Below are positions 1 through 9,856 of a stretch of DNA of 44,892 nucleotides, piece by piece; positions within the stretch are counted from its first letter, which is position 1, and the number at the start of each line of letters is the position of its first letter. A program made the position numbers and the translations under genes. The stretch is from Parcubacteria group bacterium ADurb.Bin305. GTDB lineage: Bacteria; Patescibacteriota; Minisyncoccia; UBA6257. A model generated the notes under the pieces. That model worked only from the letters and a program-made list of their open reading frames with translations, was not told where the DNA came from and made no database searches. The stretch is from NCBI GenBank assembly GCA_002069525.1, contig MWBJ01000002.1, positions 1-44,892 of the forward strand, in the 5' to 3' direction.

Positions 1-19
1 GCCACTGAACTACATCGGC
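1..19 (-). tRNA. 5' end (acceptor plus D-arm) of a tRNA gene cut by the window edge; isotype not determinable
   Basis: Reverse complement reads GCCGATGTAGTTCAGTGGC, almost identical to the first 19 nt of the complete tRNA-Thr at 432-503. Confidence 0.5.
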
Positions 20-236
20 TTTAGGATCTAAATAAGCATCTTCTCAAAAATCTGGAAAGCATTTACCATAACTCACCCAGCGCCTAAAACTCACCGCTCT
101 AACTACCACTCTAGTAATCTCAGAATAAACAACTAGCCATCATAAGATTCAAAGGATCACAAGTCGTCTCATATCATATCCTCGGATCTAAACTGGATAT
201 TTTGTTGGAGCAAAAATAAATTTTAAATTATTCGAG

Positions 237-321
237 TGGGTAGGGTGGGAGTCGAACCCACAGGGGCAACAAGGCCAGCGGTTTTACAGACCGTCCCCGC
301 TCCCTACGGGACTACCTACCC
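237..321 (-). tRNA. tRNA-Tyr (anticodon GTA), long variable arm, CCA not encoded
   Basis: Minus-strand read GGGTAGG...CCTACCC-A gives a 7-bp acceptor stem, anticodon loop CTGTAAA, variable-arm stem GGC/GCC and T-arm GTGGG-TTCGACT-CCCAC. It forms a G+C island in AT-rich DNA. Confidence 0.85.
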
Positions 322-431
322 TCAAAATACAAATTTGTCAGACCACCTCTCTAGTTAACTCAACCTATTTATTGGTGCCTATTACTTAAATTTTTAAACT
401 TCTAATTCCTTAATTTCTTTAACCTGCCAAG

Positions 432-503
432 AGCCGATGGTCGGATTCGAACCGACGACCTACTGTTTACAAAACAGTTGCTCTACCACTGAGCTACATC
501 GGC
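432..503 (-). tRNA. tRNA-Thr (anticodon TGT), CCA not encoded
   Basis: Minus-strand read GCCGATG TA GCTCAGTGGTAGAGC; anticodon stem ACTGT/ACAGT with loop TTTGTAA; T-arm GTCGG-TTCGAAT-CCGAC; acceptor 3' strand CATCGGC. Confidence 0.85.
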
Positions 504-699
504 GAATCGAATATCTCCCCTGCCTCATTATTTAAGTGCCAACAAAAATTTCAATCACCAAAAGATTCCACAATTGATTTTAATTATTACCTTCTTTAAA
601 ACTAAACAAACAAAAGTTAATCAATTAAATCAAAACTTTCTAGCTTGATAAGTTGCGTCTTATCAAAACAGACATCTTAAACGCTATGATTAAGTATTT

Positions 700-1362
700 T
701 TAATTATTTTGCGATTCCATGAGGTGCTCTAACTCTGTAAATAAATCAGCTATTATTTTATCATATTTTTTATGTTCTTGATGCCAATAAAGATAAATTA
801 AAGCCCAACGCGCAGCCACTATATCTTTTCTCCATAAATACCACCGAACTAAATTTTTAAGAAACTCAGGGTCCTCAGAATCCTTAATAAATTTTCGCAA
901 TAATTTTAACTCCTCTTTTTTATAATCTATAGTAGAAGAATTGTATGAAGGGAGGCTGTGTTCTGCGAAATTTATCGCATCTTGGGCTTCAAGCTCCTGC
1001 ATGGTATGAATAAATTCTTGAAGATTAGAGGCAGCTTCACGCCCTTTCTTTTTAGTATTCAATTCTGTTAAATAATTGGTAATCGTTCTATCTAAACGTA
1101 AAGCAATAATTTTTAATCTAATTAAAAATTTCTGCCAATTATTAGAGGAAAATTCTTCTATTTTATTAAACCAATTTTTATTTTGCGAAAGAAGATAATT
1201 AACTTGCTGTTTTAAATTACGAGCTTGTTCTTCAAAACCTTGTTTAACACTTTCTTCGGATGCCTGCACTTGTTTTTTAAAACGTTGGCGACCACTTTGC
1301 CAAACAACTATTAACCCAAACAAACCAAGAATAATTAATATTGCCGGAAAAAGATTGTCCAT
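700..1362 (-). CDS. hypothetical membrane-anchored helical protein
   Basis: 220-aa ORF with one N-terminal hydrophobic helix (FPAILIILGLFGLIVVW) followed by charged helical sequence. No family recognised. Confidence 0.55.
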   Translation of the reverse strand: MDNLFPAILIILGLFGLIVVWQSGRQRFKKQVQASEESVKQGFEEQARNLKQQVNYLLSQNKNWFNKIEEFSSNNWQKFLIRLKIIALRLDRTITNYLTELNTKKKGREAASNLQEFIHTMQELEAQDAINFAEHSLPSYNSSTIDYKKEELKLLRKFIKDSEDPEFLKNLVRWYLWRKDIVAARWALIYLYWHQEHKKYDKIIADLFTELEHLMESQNN

Positions 1363-1439
1363 ATTCTTACGCTTAATTGAATTTTTATTTAATTCAATCT
1401 TTTTAATTGAATCTTTAATCTACCCTCTCAAAAGAAGCG

Positions 1440-2030
1440 TTAAATTTCAAATCTTACAAATTTACTAATTTCTATTTTTTCACCAAATTTGGCAGCTGCT
1501 TCTTTAATTAAATCACCAATGGTTCTAGTGTCATCTTTGATGAACATTTGATTTTCTAAACAAATTTCTGCGATTTCTTTTTCTAATTTGCCTTCAATAA
1601 TTTTATCCAACATTTCTGGCGGTTTATTAGAACCTTCTAACTCTTTAAGGTAAACTTCCTTTTTGCGTTCTATTTCCTCAGACGGAATACTAGCTCGTGA
1701 CAAATAAAGCGGATTTAAAGCAGCAATATGCATAGCTAAATCATGAGCTAATTCTTGAAAACTTCGATTTTTAGCCACAAAGTCAGTTTGGCATCGTAAT
1801 TCTACCATAGCCCCTATTTGCCCACCAGCATGGATATACGCATCTATTATTCCGTTAGCTATCTCCTCTGTTGAAGCCTGTTTTTTAGCACCCCTTATTT
1901 CTCCTTTTTTCTTAAGAATTAATTTAGCTTTTTCAAAATCGCCTTGGCTTTCTTCTAAGGCTTTTTTGCACTCCATAACTGGAGCTTGGGTTTCTTCACG
2001 CAATTTATAAACATCTTGAGCTGATATCAT
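1440..2030 (-). CDS. tsf: translation elongation factor Ts (short form)
   Basis: N-terminal UBA-like motif VYKLREETQAPVMECKKALEESQGDFEKAKLILKKKG. Sits directly downstream of rpsB, the canonical rpsB-tsf pair. Confidence 0.9.
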   Translation of the reverse strand: MISAQDVYKLREETQAPVMECKKALEESQGDFEKAKLILKKKGEIRGAKKQASTEEIANGIIDAYIHAGGQIGAMVELRCQTDFVAKNRSFQELAHDLAMHIAALNPLYLSRASIPSEEIERKKEVYLKELEGSNKPPEMLDKIIEGKLEKEIAEICLENQMFIKDDTRTIGDLIKEAAAKFGEKIEISKFVRFEI

Positions 2031-2056
2031 ATTTTTAAAAAATGGAAGTTTAAAAA

Positions 2057-2878
2057 TTATTTGCTTGGGGTTTTCATTTTTTCTACCTCATCATTTAATA
2101 GGATTGTGCTTTCTTGAGAAGTATTAGAACTTTCTACCCCTTCCGCCTTGCCTAAGGATACTGATTTTTGACCTTCTTGAATAACTTCATCTACTTTATT
2201 AAGAATGTAGTCAATGGCTGACCGAGTACTATCATTGGCTATAATAGGAAAATCAACTAAATTAGGATCATCATCAGTATCCAACACCGCCACAATTGGC
2301 AGATGCATTTGACGAGCTTCTTTAATAGCTACTTGGTGTAGTTGAGGGTCTATAACAAATAACATATCGGGTAATTTATTTAATTGGCGAATTCCAGCGA
2401 ATTTTTTTTCTAATTGCTCTAACTTCTTTTCAAGCAATTGTCTTTCTTTTTTAGTGAATTGTTCCCAAGCACCACTAGCTTTTTGATTTTCCATTTCTTT
2501 CAGAGAGGTAATTCGGCTACTGAGTGTTTTAAAATTCGTTAGTATCCCACCTAACCATTTATTTGCTATAAAGGGATAATTATATTTTTCGGCTATTTCT
2601 TGTATTTTATTTCTAGCGCTAGCTTGGGTACCTACAAAAAGAATAGTGTGTTGATTTTGAACTTTTTCTTTTATAGCATTTAAGGCGCTGACTAAACTTT
2701 TTCTAGTTTCCTCTAAATTAATAAAAGCGATATCGGAGTTATTTTGCCGAATAGTAAAATATTTAGCCTTCGGATGGACTCTATTTAATTTATGGCCATA
2801 CTGTAAGCCGGCTTTCTCCAGCTCATCTAAATTAAGAGCAAAACCTGAAGAATAGGTTGAAATATTACTTTCCTCCAT
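2057..2878 (-). CDS. rpsB: 30S ribosomal protein S2 with C-terminal extension
   Basis: Motifs LQYGHKLNRVHPKAKYF, ILFVGTQ, WLGGILTNFKT and LPIVAVLDTDDDP are typical S2; located upstream of tsf. Confidence 0.9.
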   Translation of the reverse strand: MEESNISTYSSGFALNLDELEKAGLQYGHKLNRVHPKAKYFTIRQNNSDIAFINLEETRKSLVSALNAIKEKVQNQHTILFVGTQASARNKIQEIAEKYNYPFIANKWLGGILTNFKTLSSRITSLKEMENQKASGAWEQFTKKERQLLEKKLEQLEKKFAGIRQLNKLPDMLFVIDPQLHQVAIKEARQMHLPIVAVLDTDDDPNLVDFPIIANDSTRSAIDYILNKVDEVIQEGQKSVSLGKAEGVESSNTSQESTILLNDEVEKMKTPSK

Positions 2879-3001
2879 AGTTTAAAAAATAAATACTTTA
2901 AAATTATTAAAAATATTATATTGAAATTTCTAACTCTAACACATCTATCCTCTAACTCTTTTAGATTAGCATAAACTTTCTAAAGAAGCAAGGGGTTTAT
3001 G

Positions 3002-3030
3002 TTGATTTTTTGCTGTAACTTTGATATAAT
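3002..3030 (+). promoter_or_regulatory. sigma70-type promoter for rpmE (TTGATT, 17-nt spacer, TGaTATAAT)
   Basis: TTGATT at 3002-3007, a 17-nt spacer, and TATAAT at 3025-3030 preceded by an extended -10 TG. The predicted leader contains three A7-8T tracts (about 3049-3078). Confidence 0.55.
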
Positions 3031-3104
3031 GCTTTAATAACAATGAGTTAAAAAAAATAAAAAAATAAAAAAATAAAGTTATAATATCATTTATATACAT
3101 TAAT

Positions 3105-3425
3105 ATGAAACAAAATATTCATCCTAAATATTACGATAAAGCAGAAGTGCGCTGTATTTGTGGAGCTAAATTTATTGTAGGATCTACTAGTCCTGAAATG
3201 GAAGTAGAAATTTGCAGCCAATGTCATCCTTTCTTTACCGGTCAGGAAAAATTAGTTGACACTGCTGGAAGAGTTCAAAAGTTTCAACAAAAACTTGCCA
3301 AATCAGCCCAATTAAAGACTAAAAAACAAATCCAGAAACCCGGGGTAGATTCCCAAAAAACTAAAGTTCTTAAAAAAACCAAACAGTCATCAAAACCTGC
3401 CCAAAAACATTCTGATAAGAAATAA
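3105..3425 (+). CDS. rpmE: 50S ribosomal protein L31 (Zn-ribbon type) with lysine-rich C-terminal tail
   Basis: [10 protein letters not shown]..., cysteine pairs CIC and CSQC, and HPFFTGQEK. Confidence 0.9.
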   Translation: MKQNIHPKYYDKAEVRCICGAKFIVGSTSPEMEVEICSQCHPFFTGQEKLVDTAGRVQKFQQKLAKSAQLKTKKQIQKPGVDSQKTKVLKKTKQSSKPAQKHSDKK

Positions 3426-3488
3426 ATAAAGCAATATCACTACCAAGGTTCGCACAACTGAGCTGGTATTGTTTGAAATTTTATCGCA

Positions 3489-4550
3489 ATGAACATAGAG
3501 GAAATAGAACAAAAAAAACAAGATCTAGAAGAACAAAAAAATAATTTATTAAAGAAACTCAGTGATCCCGAGTTTCTTTCAAAAACAGCTAATTTTGAGC
3601 AAGCTTCACGCCAACTAAAAGAAGTAGATGAATTGCTAGAAATTTATAAACAGTTAAGTAAAACTAACAAAAAAATCTCTGAAGCTAAAACAATTTTAGC
3701 TGAAACCAATGATAACGAACTAACCCTCTTAGCCCAAGAAGAGATAAGAGAGAACGAGCAAATACAGCAACAATTATTAGCTCAATTACAAAAAAAAGAT
3801 CAAAATAGCACAGAACAAATTAAGGGTATAATTTTGGAAATTAGAGCTGGAACCGGTGGAGAAGAAGCAGCGCTTTTTGCTCAAGACCTCCTTAAAATGT
3901 ATGAACGATATGCCAACAATCATAATTGGCCAATTAAAATAATTGATCTGTCAAAGACTACTTTAGGAGGCATCAAAGAAGCCATAATAGAAATAAATAA
4001 CCCTCAAGCCTATGAAAATATAAAATTTGAGGGGGGAGTTCACAGGGTACAACGAGTGCCAATTACGGAAAAATCAGGCAGAGTACACACGTCTACTGCC
4101 ACAGTAGCCGTGTTACCTCAATGGGATAACCCTAAAGTTGAAATCAGGCCCGAGGATATAGAAGAAAGTTTTAGCCGATCTTCTGGGGCAGGAGGACAAA
4201 ATGTTCAAAAAGTAGAAACTGCTGTTCGCCTCTTACACAAACCAACAGGAATTGTGGTTACCTGTCAAAGCGAAAGATATCAAAAACAAAACCGAGAAAA
4301 AGCGTTAGAAATTCTTAAAAACAAACTTTGGGAAGCAGAATTACAAAAACAAACAACCCAAATTACACAAAATAGGCGCCTTCAGATAGGTCACGCCCAA
4401 CGATCAGAAAAAATTCGCACCTATAATTTTCCCCAAGATCGCATAACCGACCATCGTTTCAATTTATCTTGGCATAATATAGAAGATATCCTCAATGGAA
4501 ACTTAGATGTTATTATTGACACCCTTAAAAAGGAATCTCCTCAGGATTAA
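3489..4550 (+). CDS. prfA: peptide chain release factor 1
   Basis: Full four-domain length (353 aa). P-x-T codon-recognition tripeptide ([14 protein letters not shown]) and GGQ motif ([15 protein letters not shown]). Confidence 0.9.
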   Translation: MNIEEIEQKKQDLEEQKNNLLKKLSDPEFLSKTANFEQASRQLKEVDELLEIYKQLSKTNKKISEAKTILAETNDNELTLLAQEEIRENEQIQQQLLAQLQKKDQNSTEQIKGIILEIRAGTGGEEAALFAQDLLKMYERYANNHNWPIKIIDLSKTTLGGIKEAIIEINNPQAYENIKFEGGVHRVQRVPITEKSGRVHTSTATVAVLPQWDNPKVEIRPEDIEESFSRSSGAGGQNVQKVETAVRLLHKPTGIVVTCQSERYQKQNREKALEILKNKLWEAELQKQTTQITQNRRLQIGHAQRSEKIRTYNFPQDRITDHRFNLSWHNIEDILNGNLDVIIDTLKKESPQD

Positions 4551-4980
4551 TCTCGCCTTCATCTTCCTCTAAAATTGGTAAATCTTCTTTTACACTATTG
4601 ACGCCAAATTCGCCTTCTTCTTCAGAAGGCATTTTTAATTCAGAGGATGCCCCCCATCTAGGGCCAAATTGAATATTTTGAGCAATAATTTCGGTTTTGA
4701 ATTTTTTTTGATTAGATGAATCCTGCCAAGTCCTAGTTCGTATCCTTCCTTCTACAAGAACTAATCTGCCTTTCGCCAAATATTGACTGCATAATTCAGC
4801 CATCTTACCCCAAACTACAATATTATGAAACTCTACCTCTTGCTGCTTTTGACCGCTAGCATCCACCCAAACTCTATTAGTGGCAACTCCAAAATCTGCC
4901 ACTGATCGCCCAGAGGGAGTAGATCTTAAATTAACATCCCTTGTTAAGTTACCAATGATAAAAACTTTATTTAAATTCAC
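4525..4980 (-). CDS. ssb: single-stranded DNA-binding protein
   Basis: OB-fold N-terminus ([21 protein letters not shown]...ADFGVATN) and acidic C-terminal tip ending EEIPF; downstream of rpsF. Confidence 0.9.
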   Translation of the reverse strand: MNLNKVFIIGNLTRDVNLRSTPSGRSVADFGVATNRVWVDASGQKQQEVEFHNIVVWGKMAELCSQYLAKGRLVLVEGRIRTRTWQDSSNQKKFKTEIIAQNIQFGPRWGASSELKMPSEEEGEFGVNSVKEDLPILEEDEGEINPEEIPF

Positions 4981-5047
4981 TTTTTTAAGAATTAAGCTTT
5001 ATTGACCGCTGTTTAATTCGACCAATGAGCTATCTAATAAAATTTAG

Positions 5048-5548
5048 TTATTCTTTTAAGAGGGCATCCAATTTTTTGTCAAGTTCTTCCAAATTAAGAT
5101 GATGACCACTCTCAACCTCCTTGATCTTCTTGTTTGAGTAAGTTTTGGGTTTTCGACTGGCAGAATGCAGTTTTTCTTTTCGCCGCTTGGTTAACAAATG
5201 TCGTAGGATACTCTTACTATCAGACCTAAGCTCGTTTAATAATTCATTAATTTTAGAACTGGCTAGTTCAAAACTAATAAAACCCCAGAAACCATTATTA
5301 TTATCTAAAATTTCGTAACTCAAGGGTTTTAATTGAGGGGATTCCATAGAGAGAATTACCCCATTCAAAGCTTCAATGTTTTTAATTAATGAATTAAATT
5401 TTTCATTAATTTCGGCTTCGGTAAAAGAAGGATAAAACCAGAGTGATAATTCATAATAAAATTCCGGCTGATTACTATCAGTTTCTCCTGTGTTTTGGTT
5501 GCTAATTTTAGCCCCCTCAGTGATTAATTTATTTGATTCTTCTGGCAT
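5048..5548 (-). CDS. rpsF: 30S ribosomal protein S6 with N- and C-terminal extensions
   Basis: The core YYELSLWFYP...KPLSYEI...FISFELASSKINEL aligns with S6 (HYEIVFMVHP...RQLAYPI). Shows rpsF-ssb synteny. Confidence 0.7.
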   Translation of the reverse strand: MPEESNKLITEGAKISNQNTGETDSNQPEFYYELSLWFYPSFTEAEINEKFNSLIKNIEALNGVILSMESPQLKPLSYEILDNNNGFWGFISFELASSKINELLNELRSDSKSILRHLLTKRRKEKLHSASRKPKTYSNKKIKEVESGHHLNLEELDKKLDALLKE

Positions 5549-5633
5549 AAATTTTAACTTAAAATTTTTAGAGTTTTTTATAGTTTAATATTAATAACTA
5601 ATTAGAGATAATCAGCTTAGAGCTATTAAAAAA

Positions 5634-6641
5634 TTACTCGGCTTTTTTCACTAATCGAACAATCTCCTCTGCTATTTTGACATTGTCCTTTAAAAACTGC
5701 CGAGCATTTTCATAACCTACACCTAACTTCTGGCCACCAAAACTATAAGTATTACCCTCTTTTGAAATTATCCCCTTCTTGAGGCCTAAATTTAATACAT
5801 CCCCGGCCAAAGAAATTCCCTCACCATAGATGATATCAAATTCTGTCTCTTTAAACGGAGGCGCCACTTTATTTTTAACAACTTTAGCCGCTATCCTAGA
5901 ACCAATAATCTCATCACCCTTTTTAATCTGAGCGACTCTTCTTAATTCAATTCTAACAGAAGCATAAAATTTTAATGCTTTGCCGCCCGGAGTGGTAATG
6001 GGATTACCAAACATCATTCCTATTTGAGTTCGTGTTTGATTAGTAAATAAAATAGTACAATTTGTTTTAGCTGTAATAGCTGTGAGTTTTCGAAGGGCTT
6101 GACTCATTAAGCGAGCCTGCAAACCAATCTGTTGGTTTCCCATTTCCCCTTCTAATTCTGCCCGGGGTGTTAAAGCTGCCACTGAATCTATAACAATTAA
6201 GTCTACAGCCCCGGAACGCACCAAAGCTTCTACTATATCTAAAGCCTGCTCTCCACTATCAGGCTGGGAAATTAATAAATCATCAATTTTGACTCCTATC
6301 TTTTGGGCATAAACAGGATCAAGAGCGTGTTCAGAATCTATAAAAGCTGCGCGTCCACCTTTTTTCTGCACCTCAGCAATAATATGAAGCATTAAAGTAG
6401 TTTTACCAGATGATTCAGCTCCATAAATCTCAATAATCCGACCTCTCGGCACCCCGCCTACCCCTAAAGCCAAATCCAACGAAGGAGAGCCTGTAGGAAT
6501 AACATCAACATCTACCTTTTTTACTTCCCCTAACCGCATGATCGCTCCTTCTCCGAATTTTTGCTGTAAAGATTTTAAAGTGTCTGCAAGCACCTCCTTA
6601 GAATTATTTGATTTTTTATCTTTTGATTCGCTTTTAGGCAT
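5634..6641 (-). CDS. recA: recombinase RecA
   Basis: Walker [20 protein letters not shown] and [10 protein letters not shown], with overall RecA colinearity. Confidence 0.95.
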   Translation of the reverse strand: MPKSESKDKKSNNSKEVLADTLKSLQQKFGEGAIMRLGEVKKVDVDVIPTGSPSLDLALGVGGVPRGRIIEIYGAESSGKTTLMLHIIAEVQKKGGRAAFIDSEHALDPVYAQKIGVKIDDLLISQPDSGEQALDIVEALVRSGAVDLIVIDSVAALTPRAELEGEMGNQQIGLQARLMSQALRKLTAITAKTNCTILFTNQTRTQIGMMFGNPITTPGGKALKFYASVRIELRRVAQIKKGDEIIGSRIAAKVVKNKVAPPFKETEFDIIYGEGISLAGDVLNLGLKKGIISKEGNTYSFGGQKLGVGYENARQFLKDNVKIAEEIVRLVKKAE

Positions 6642-6736
6642 ATATATAAATCCCCTGTTTTATTTAAAGATTTATTCCTTAAGAATCATAATATCACAGT
6701 CAAAGTAATTTTGCAATTCTCTTTAAGCTAAAAATT

Positions 6737-7384
6737 TTAAGGAAAAGCATAGATAACGTTTCTTACTAAAGTTGATTTTTGACCTAATTGATTTATAGCT
6801 ATAAATTCTAACTGGTTTAATCCGGGTTTTAAAATAATTTCTTCCTTAAACGCTTTTGATTCATCAATTAAAATCGGCTGATTGTTTAATAATAAACTTT
6901 TGGCTCGAATTGCTTTTCCTTGAACCAATAACGTGCCTTTATTAGTATTTAAATCCGCACGAGGTGATTCTAAAATAATTTTAGGGGGCAAGATTAACAT
7001 AGCTAACTCATAAATTAAATAACTACTGACTAGTATCAAAACAAGACTCTTAGATAAAATGATTAAAATATTTCTTAATTGACTAAATAAAGAGATTGAC
7101 CGATGATCGCTTATCGGCACCAAAGATTGATCTTGCTGGGCAACAAATTCATTGGAGTTTTTATATAAATTAATTAATTCTTTATAGTTTAAACCTAAAA
7201 CTTGAGCATATTTTTGAATCGCACCTTTTAGGTAAATGCTGGGTAAAGCATCGTAATCATCTTCTTCCAAAGCCTTTAAGCCGGCTATTGGAATTTTTGT
7301 CTCTTTATGAATTCTTTCCAAATCCCAACCTTTTTCCCGTCTAGTGTGGGATAATATTTGACCTATTGTTTCCTTATACTCCAT
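6737..7384 (-). CDS. RodZ-like HTH membrane protein
   Basis: N-terminal Xre-type HTH (IGQILSHTRREKGWDLERIHKETKIPIAGLKALEEDDY), a central TM helix and a C-terminal extracytoplasmic domain. Confidence 0.55.
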   Translation of the reverse strand: MEYKETIGQILSHTRREKGWDLERIHKETKIPIAGLKALEEDDYDALPSIYLKGAIQKYAQVLGLNYKELINLYKNSNEFVAQQDQSLVPISDHRSISLFSQLRNILIILSKSLVLILVSSYLIYELAMLILPPKIILESPRADLNTNKGTLLVQGKAIRAKSLLLNNQPILIDESKAFKEEIILKPGLNQLEFIAINQLGQKSTLVRNVIYAFP

Positions 7385-7411
7385 AATAAAAATATATTTG
7401 AAAACTGATAT

Positions 7412-8245
7412 TTATGTCTTAATTTTAAAAAATCTACAACTATTTTCAAAAGTAATTTTTTGCACTTCTTCTAAACTTAATTGTTTAATTTCTGCAATTT
7501 TACTGGCTACATAGAAAACATTTAAAGGGGTATTTCGTTTGTCAACCACAGGCTTCGGGGTGGCATAAGGTGAATCTGTTTCTATTAGTATTCTGTCTAA
7601 AGGTATAATTTTTATAACTTCGTTTAATTTATTATTATAAGTAATCACTCCTGAAAAAGAAAAAAAATAATTAGGATTCTTTAAAATCGCCAAAGTATCA
7701 GCTAAACTACCTTTAAAAAAATGAAAGAGGGCTGTAGTTTTATAATCCTCTTTTTGTAATATTTCTAGGGCTAACTGATAAACATCTCTCAGGTGTAAAA
7801 TTAAAGGTTTATTGCTTATTTGGGCTAAACGAATCTGTTGTTGGAATATTAGCTTTTGTTGCTGGATAAATTGAGATTGCCCAATGTCTGATAAATCGGA
7901 AATAGCGGTAAAATAGCTAAAATCTAACCCGCATTCCCCTATGGCTACCACCCGAGGATCGTCAACCAATTCGGCTAATTTATTAATTGATTGCGGATAA
8001 TTAATATTTTTGGTCTCTAAAGCATCTTGAATTAAAGAAAATCCCAAACTATGAAGGGGATGAATTCCAATGGCAGCCCACAGATGAGGATAAAGATGAG
8101 CTAAATTTTGAGCTTGAACTGAATTTTCCACACAAGAACCAACCACTACAGCTTGCAGTCCGTTTTTAGCCAGCTCTTTAATTATAATATCTCTATCCTG
8201 CTCGAAAGCTTCAAATTGAAGATGACAATGTGAATCAAAAAACAT
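7412..8245 (-). CDS. tatD: TatD-family metal-dependent hydrolase
   Basis: MFFDSHCHLQ start motif, GECGLDF and ETDSPY. The ORF track starts at a TTG at 8275 that overlaps the HIT gene; the ATG at 8243-8245 gives the typical TatD N-terminus. Confidence 0.8.
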   Translation of the reverse strand: MFFDSHCHLQFEAFEQDRDIIIKELAKNGLQAVVVGSCVENSVQAQNLAHLYPHLWAAIGIHPLHSLGFSLIQDALETKNINYPQSINKLAELVDDPRVVAIGECGLDFSYFTAISDLSDIGQSQFIQQQKLIFQQQIRLAQISNKPLILHLRDVYQLALEILQKEDYKTTALFHFFKGSLADTLAILKNPNYFFSFSGVITYNNKLNEVIKIIPLDRILIETDSPYATPKPVVDKRNTPLNVFYVASKIAEIKQLSLEEVQKITFENSCRFFKIKT

Positions 8246-8261
8246 AACTACTATTGGTAAC

Positions 8262-8621
8262 TCAACGAGGGTCAATTTTTAAACCATCACCAAATCGTCG
8301 AGGAATAATATGAATATGAGGCCGATGAGGTATTCCTGATTGAGCAGCTTCACCTTGATTAATTAATAAATTATAGCCATCGGTTTTTATTTCTGCCATT
8401 TGTTTTTCAGCTAATTGGCGCGCCAAACTTAATAATTTTTGCCATTCTAGTTCAGGCATTTCTTGAATATCATTATAATGATTCTTTGAAAAAAGTACTA
8501 AATGTCCATTACTGATAGGAGCTTTATCAAAAATAGCGAGAAAATTGTCGTCTTCGTAATATTTTTGAGCAGCTATTTCTCCCTTAATAATTTTACAGAA
8601 AATACAATTAGAATTTAACAT
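8262..8621 (-). CDS. HIT-family nucleotide hydrolase/transferase
   Basis: Histidine triad HRPHIHIIPR and N-terminal CIFCKII. Ends in TGA, verified by hand at 8262-8264. Confidence 0.85.
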   Translation of the reverse strand: MLNSNCIFCKIIKGEIAAQKYYEDDNFLAIFDKAPISNGHLVLFSKNHYNDIQEMPELEWQKLLSLARQLAEKQMAEIKTDGYNLLINQGEAAQSGIPHRPHIHIIPRRFGDGLKIDPR

Positions 8622-8656
8622 AAATAGTAATGATTCATTTAATTTTTACCTTTTAA

Positions 8657-9661
8657 TTAAAGCTGTAATAAAGATTTAACTGCCTCTTTTATTCCTTCTT
8701 TATCTAAACCATATTTAGCTATTAATTCCTCAGGGTTCCCGCTTTCCCCAAAAATATCTTGTAAACCAAGTCGTCGCACTAAAATTGGGTATTTCTCGCT
8801 CGTTAATTCCGCTATAGCGCCGCCCAAACCCCCATTAATTTGATGTTCTTCCACGGTCAAAAAAGCTTTTGATTTTTGCGCCCATTCTAAAATTAACCCT
8901 TCATCTAAAGGTTTAAGAGTAGAAATATTAATCACTGTGGTAAAAATCTTTTCTTCGGCTAATTCTTGAGCTGCTTGCAAAGCTTTAAAAACCAAATACC
9001 CACAAGTTAAAATAGACACCCCGCAAAAATGTTCATTTTTATTTTCATCTGGCAGCCAAAAAACACTAGCTTGCCCTATGGCAAAAGGACTATCCAAAGT
9101 AGTTAAGACAGGGGACTTTTCCCGACTTAACCTTAAATAAACAGAAACAGGATAATCTATGGCTGCTAAAATTGCTTTTCTAGCTTCTAAACTATCAGCC
9201 GGCGCTACTACAACTAAATTAGGCAATATTCGTGTTAAAGCCAGATCTTCTGTCATCTGATGCGACGCGCCATCAGGTCCCACATTTAAACCAGTATGAG
9301 AACCAACTAAAATAACCCTCTGCTGATTATAACAAATAGTGGTTCTGATTTGCTCCCAAGTTCTTCCCGGAGAAAATACTCCATAAGTGGCGGCTACTGG
9401 AATTTTTCCTGAAGCAGCCAAACCAGAAGCTACACCTATCATATTCTGTTCAGCAATACCAACTTCAATAAACCTCTCTGGAAATCTATCTCGAAATAAA
9501 TTCATTCTCACAGAATCAGTGACATCTGCACAAAGAGCTACAACATGGGAATTTTTTTCTCCAGCAATCACTAAACCCTCGCCAAAACCATCGCGAGTAG
9601 CTTGTTTTTCCACTTCTTTATCCCAGATATTAGGATTTAATTTAAGATTAGGATTTAACAT
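8657..9661 (-). CDS. transketolase C-terminal subunit (pyrimidine-binding plus C-terminal domains)
   Basis: FIEVGIAEQNMIGVASGLA and GPDGASHQMTEDLA motifs; length matches the C-terminal half of split transketolases. No gene for the N-terminal TPP-binding subunit is adjacent. Confidence 0.8.
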   Translation of the reverse strand: MLNPNLKLNPNIWDKEVEKQATRDGFGEGLVIAGEKNSHVVALCADVTDSVRMNLFRDRFPERFIEVGIAEQNMIGVASGLAASGKIPVAATYGVFSPGRTWEQIRTTICYNQQRVILVGSHTGLNVGPDGASHQMTEDLALTRILPNLVVVAPADSLEARKAILAAIDYPVSVYLRLSREKSPVLTTLDSPFAIGQASVFWLPDENKNEHFCGVSILTCGYLVFKALQAAQELAEEKIFTTVINISTLKPLDEGLILEWAQKSKAFLTVEEHQINGGLGGAIAELTSEKYPILVRRLGLQDIFGESGNPEELIAKYGLDKEGIKEAVKSLLQL

Positions 9662-9790
9662 ACAATTACTCTTCTCAACTATTTTTTCTTTTTTATCTTT
9701 ATTTTTATGGTAATTTTGTAGAGCTGGCTTTTAATAATTATATAATCTGATTAATTTAGTTTAACAAAAAATTGCCTCCAAAGCAAATAC

Positions 9791-9827
9791 TTAAGACCCA
9801 ACAGCACGTTATGCTGTTGGGTCTTAA
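9791..9827 (-). terminator. intrinsic terminator candidate after the Cys-rich protein gene
   Basis: Perfect 16-bp inverted repeat TTAAGACCCAACAGCA / TGCTGTTGGGTCTTAA with a 5-nt loop, 30 nt past the stop at 9857. On the minus strand it is followed by GUAUUUGCUUU. Confidence 0.6.
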
Positions 9828-9856
9828 TAAAAACAATAATAACTAATCTGAGAAGA

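Noticed and set aside
60-140. Possible degraded tRNA in the spacer between the first two tRNAs (GCTCTAACTACCACTCTAG resembles a D-arm complement).
   Set aside because: No cloverleaf can be drawn: there is no T-arm GGTTCGA box and no acceptor pairing.
3441-3468. tRNA-like fragment or terminator between rpmE and prfA (TACCA...AACTGAGCTGGTA).
   Set aside because: Only a 5-bp stem with an 18-nt loop forms. The resemblance to a D-arm (AGCTCAGTT on the minus strand) is too short, and no T-arm or acceptor stem is present.
9387-9713. Short ORFs on the opposite strand of, or nested in another frame within, long well-supported genes. These are 9387-9713, 10226-10492, 11037-11219, 13530-13760, 14168-14374, 16840-17043, 17792-18004, 18837-19046, 19458-19658, 26899-27126, 27739-27957, 31783-32013, 37208-37420, 38457-38639, 38781-38981, 43345-43527 and 44330-44590.
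   Set aside because: Each lies fully or largely inside a gene with clear family motifs. Their translations are low-complexity or compositionally skewed mirror images of the real frame, with no start context or recognisable motifs.
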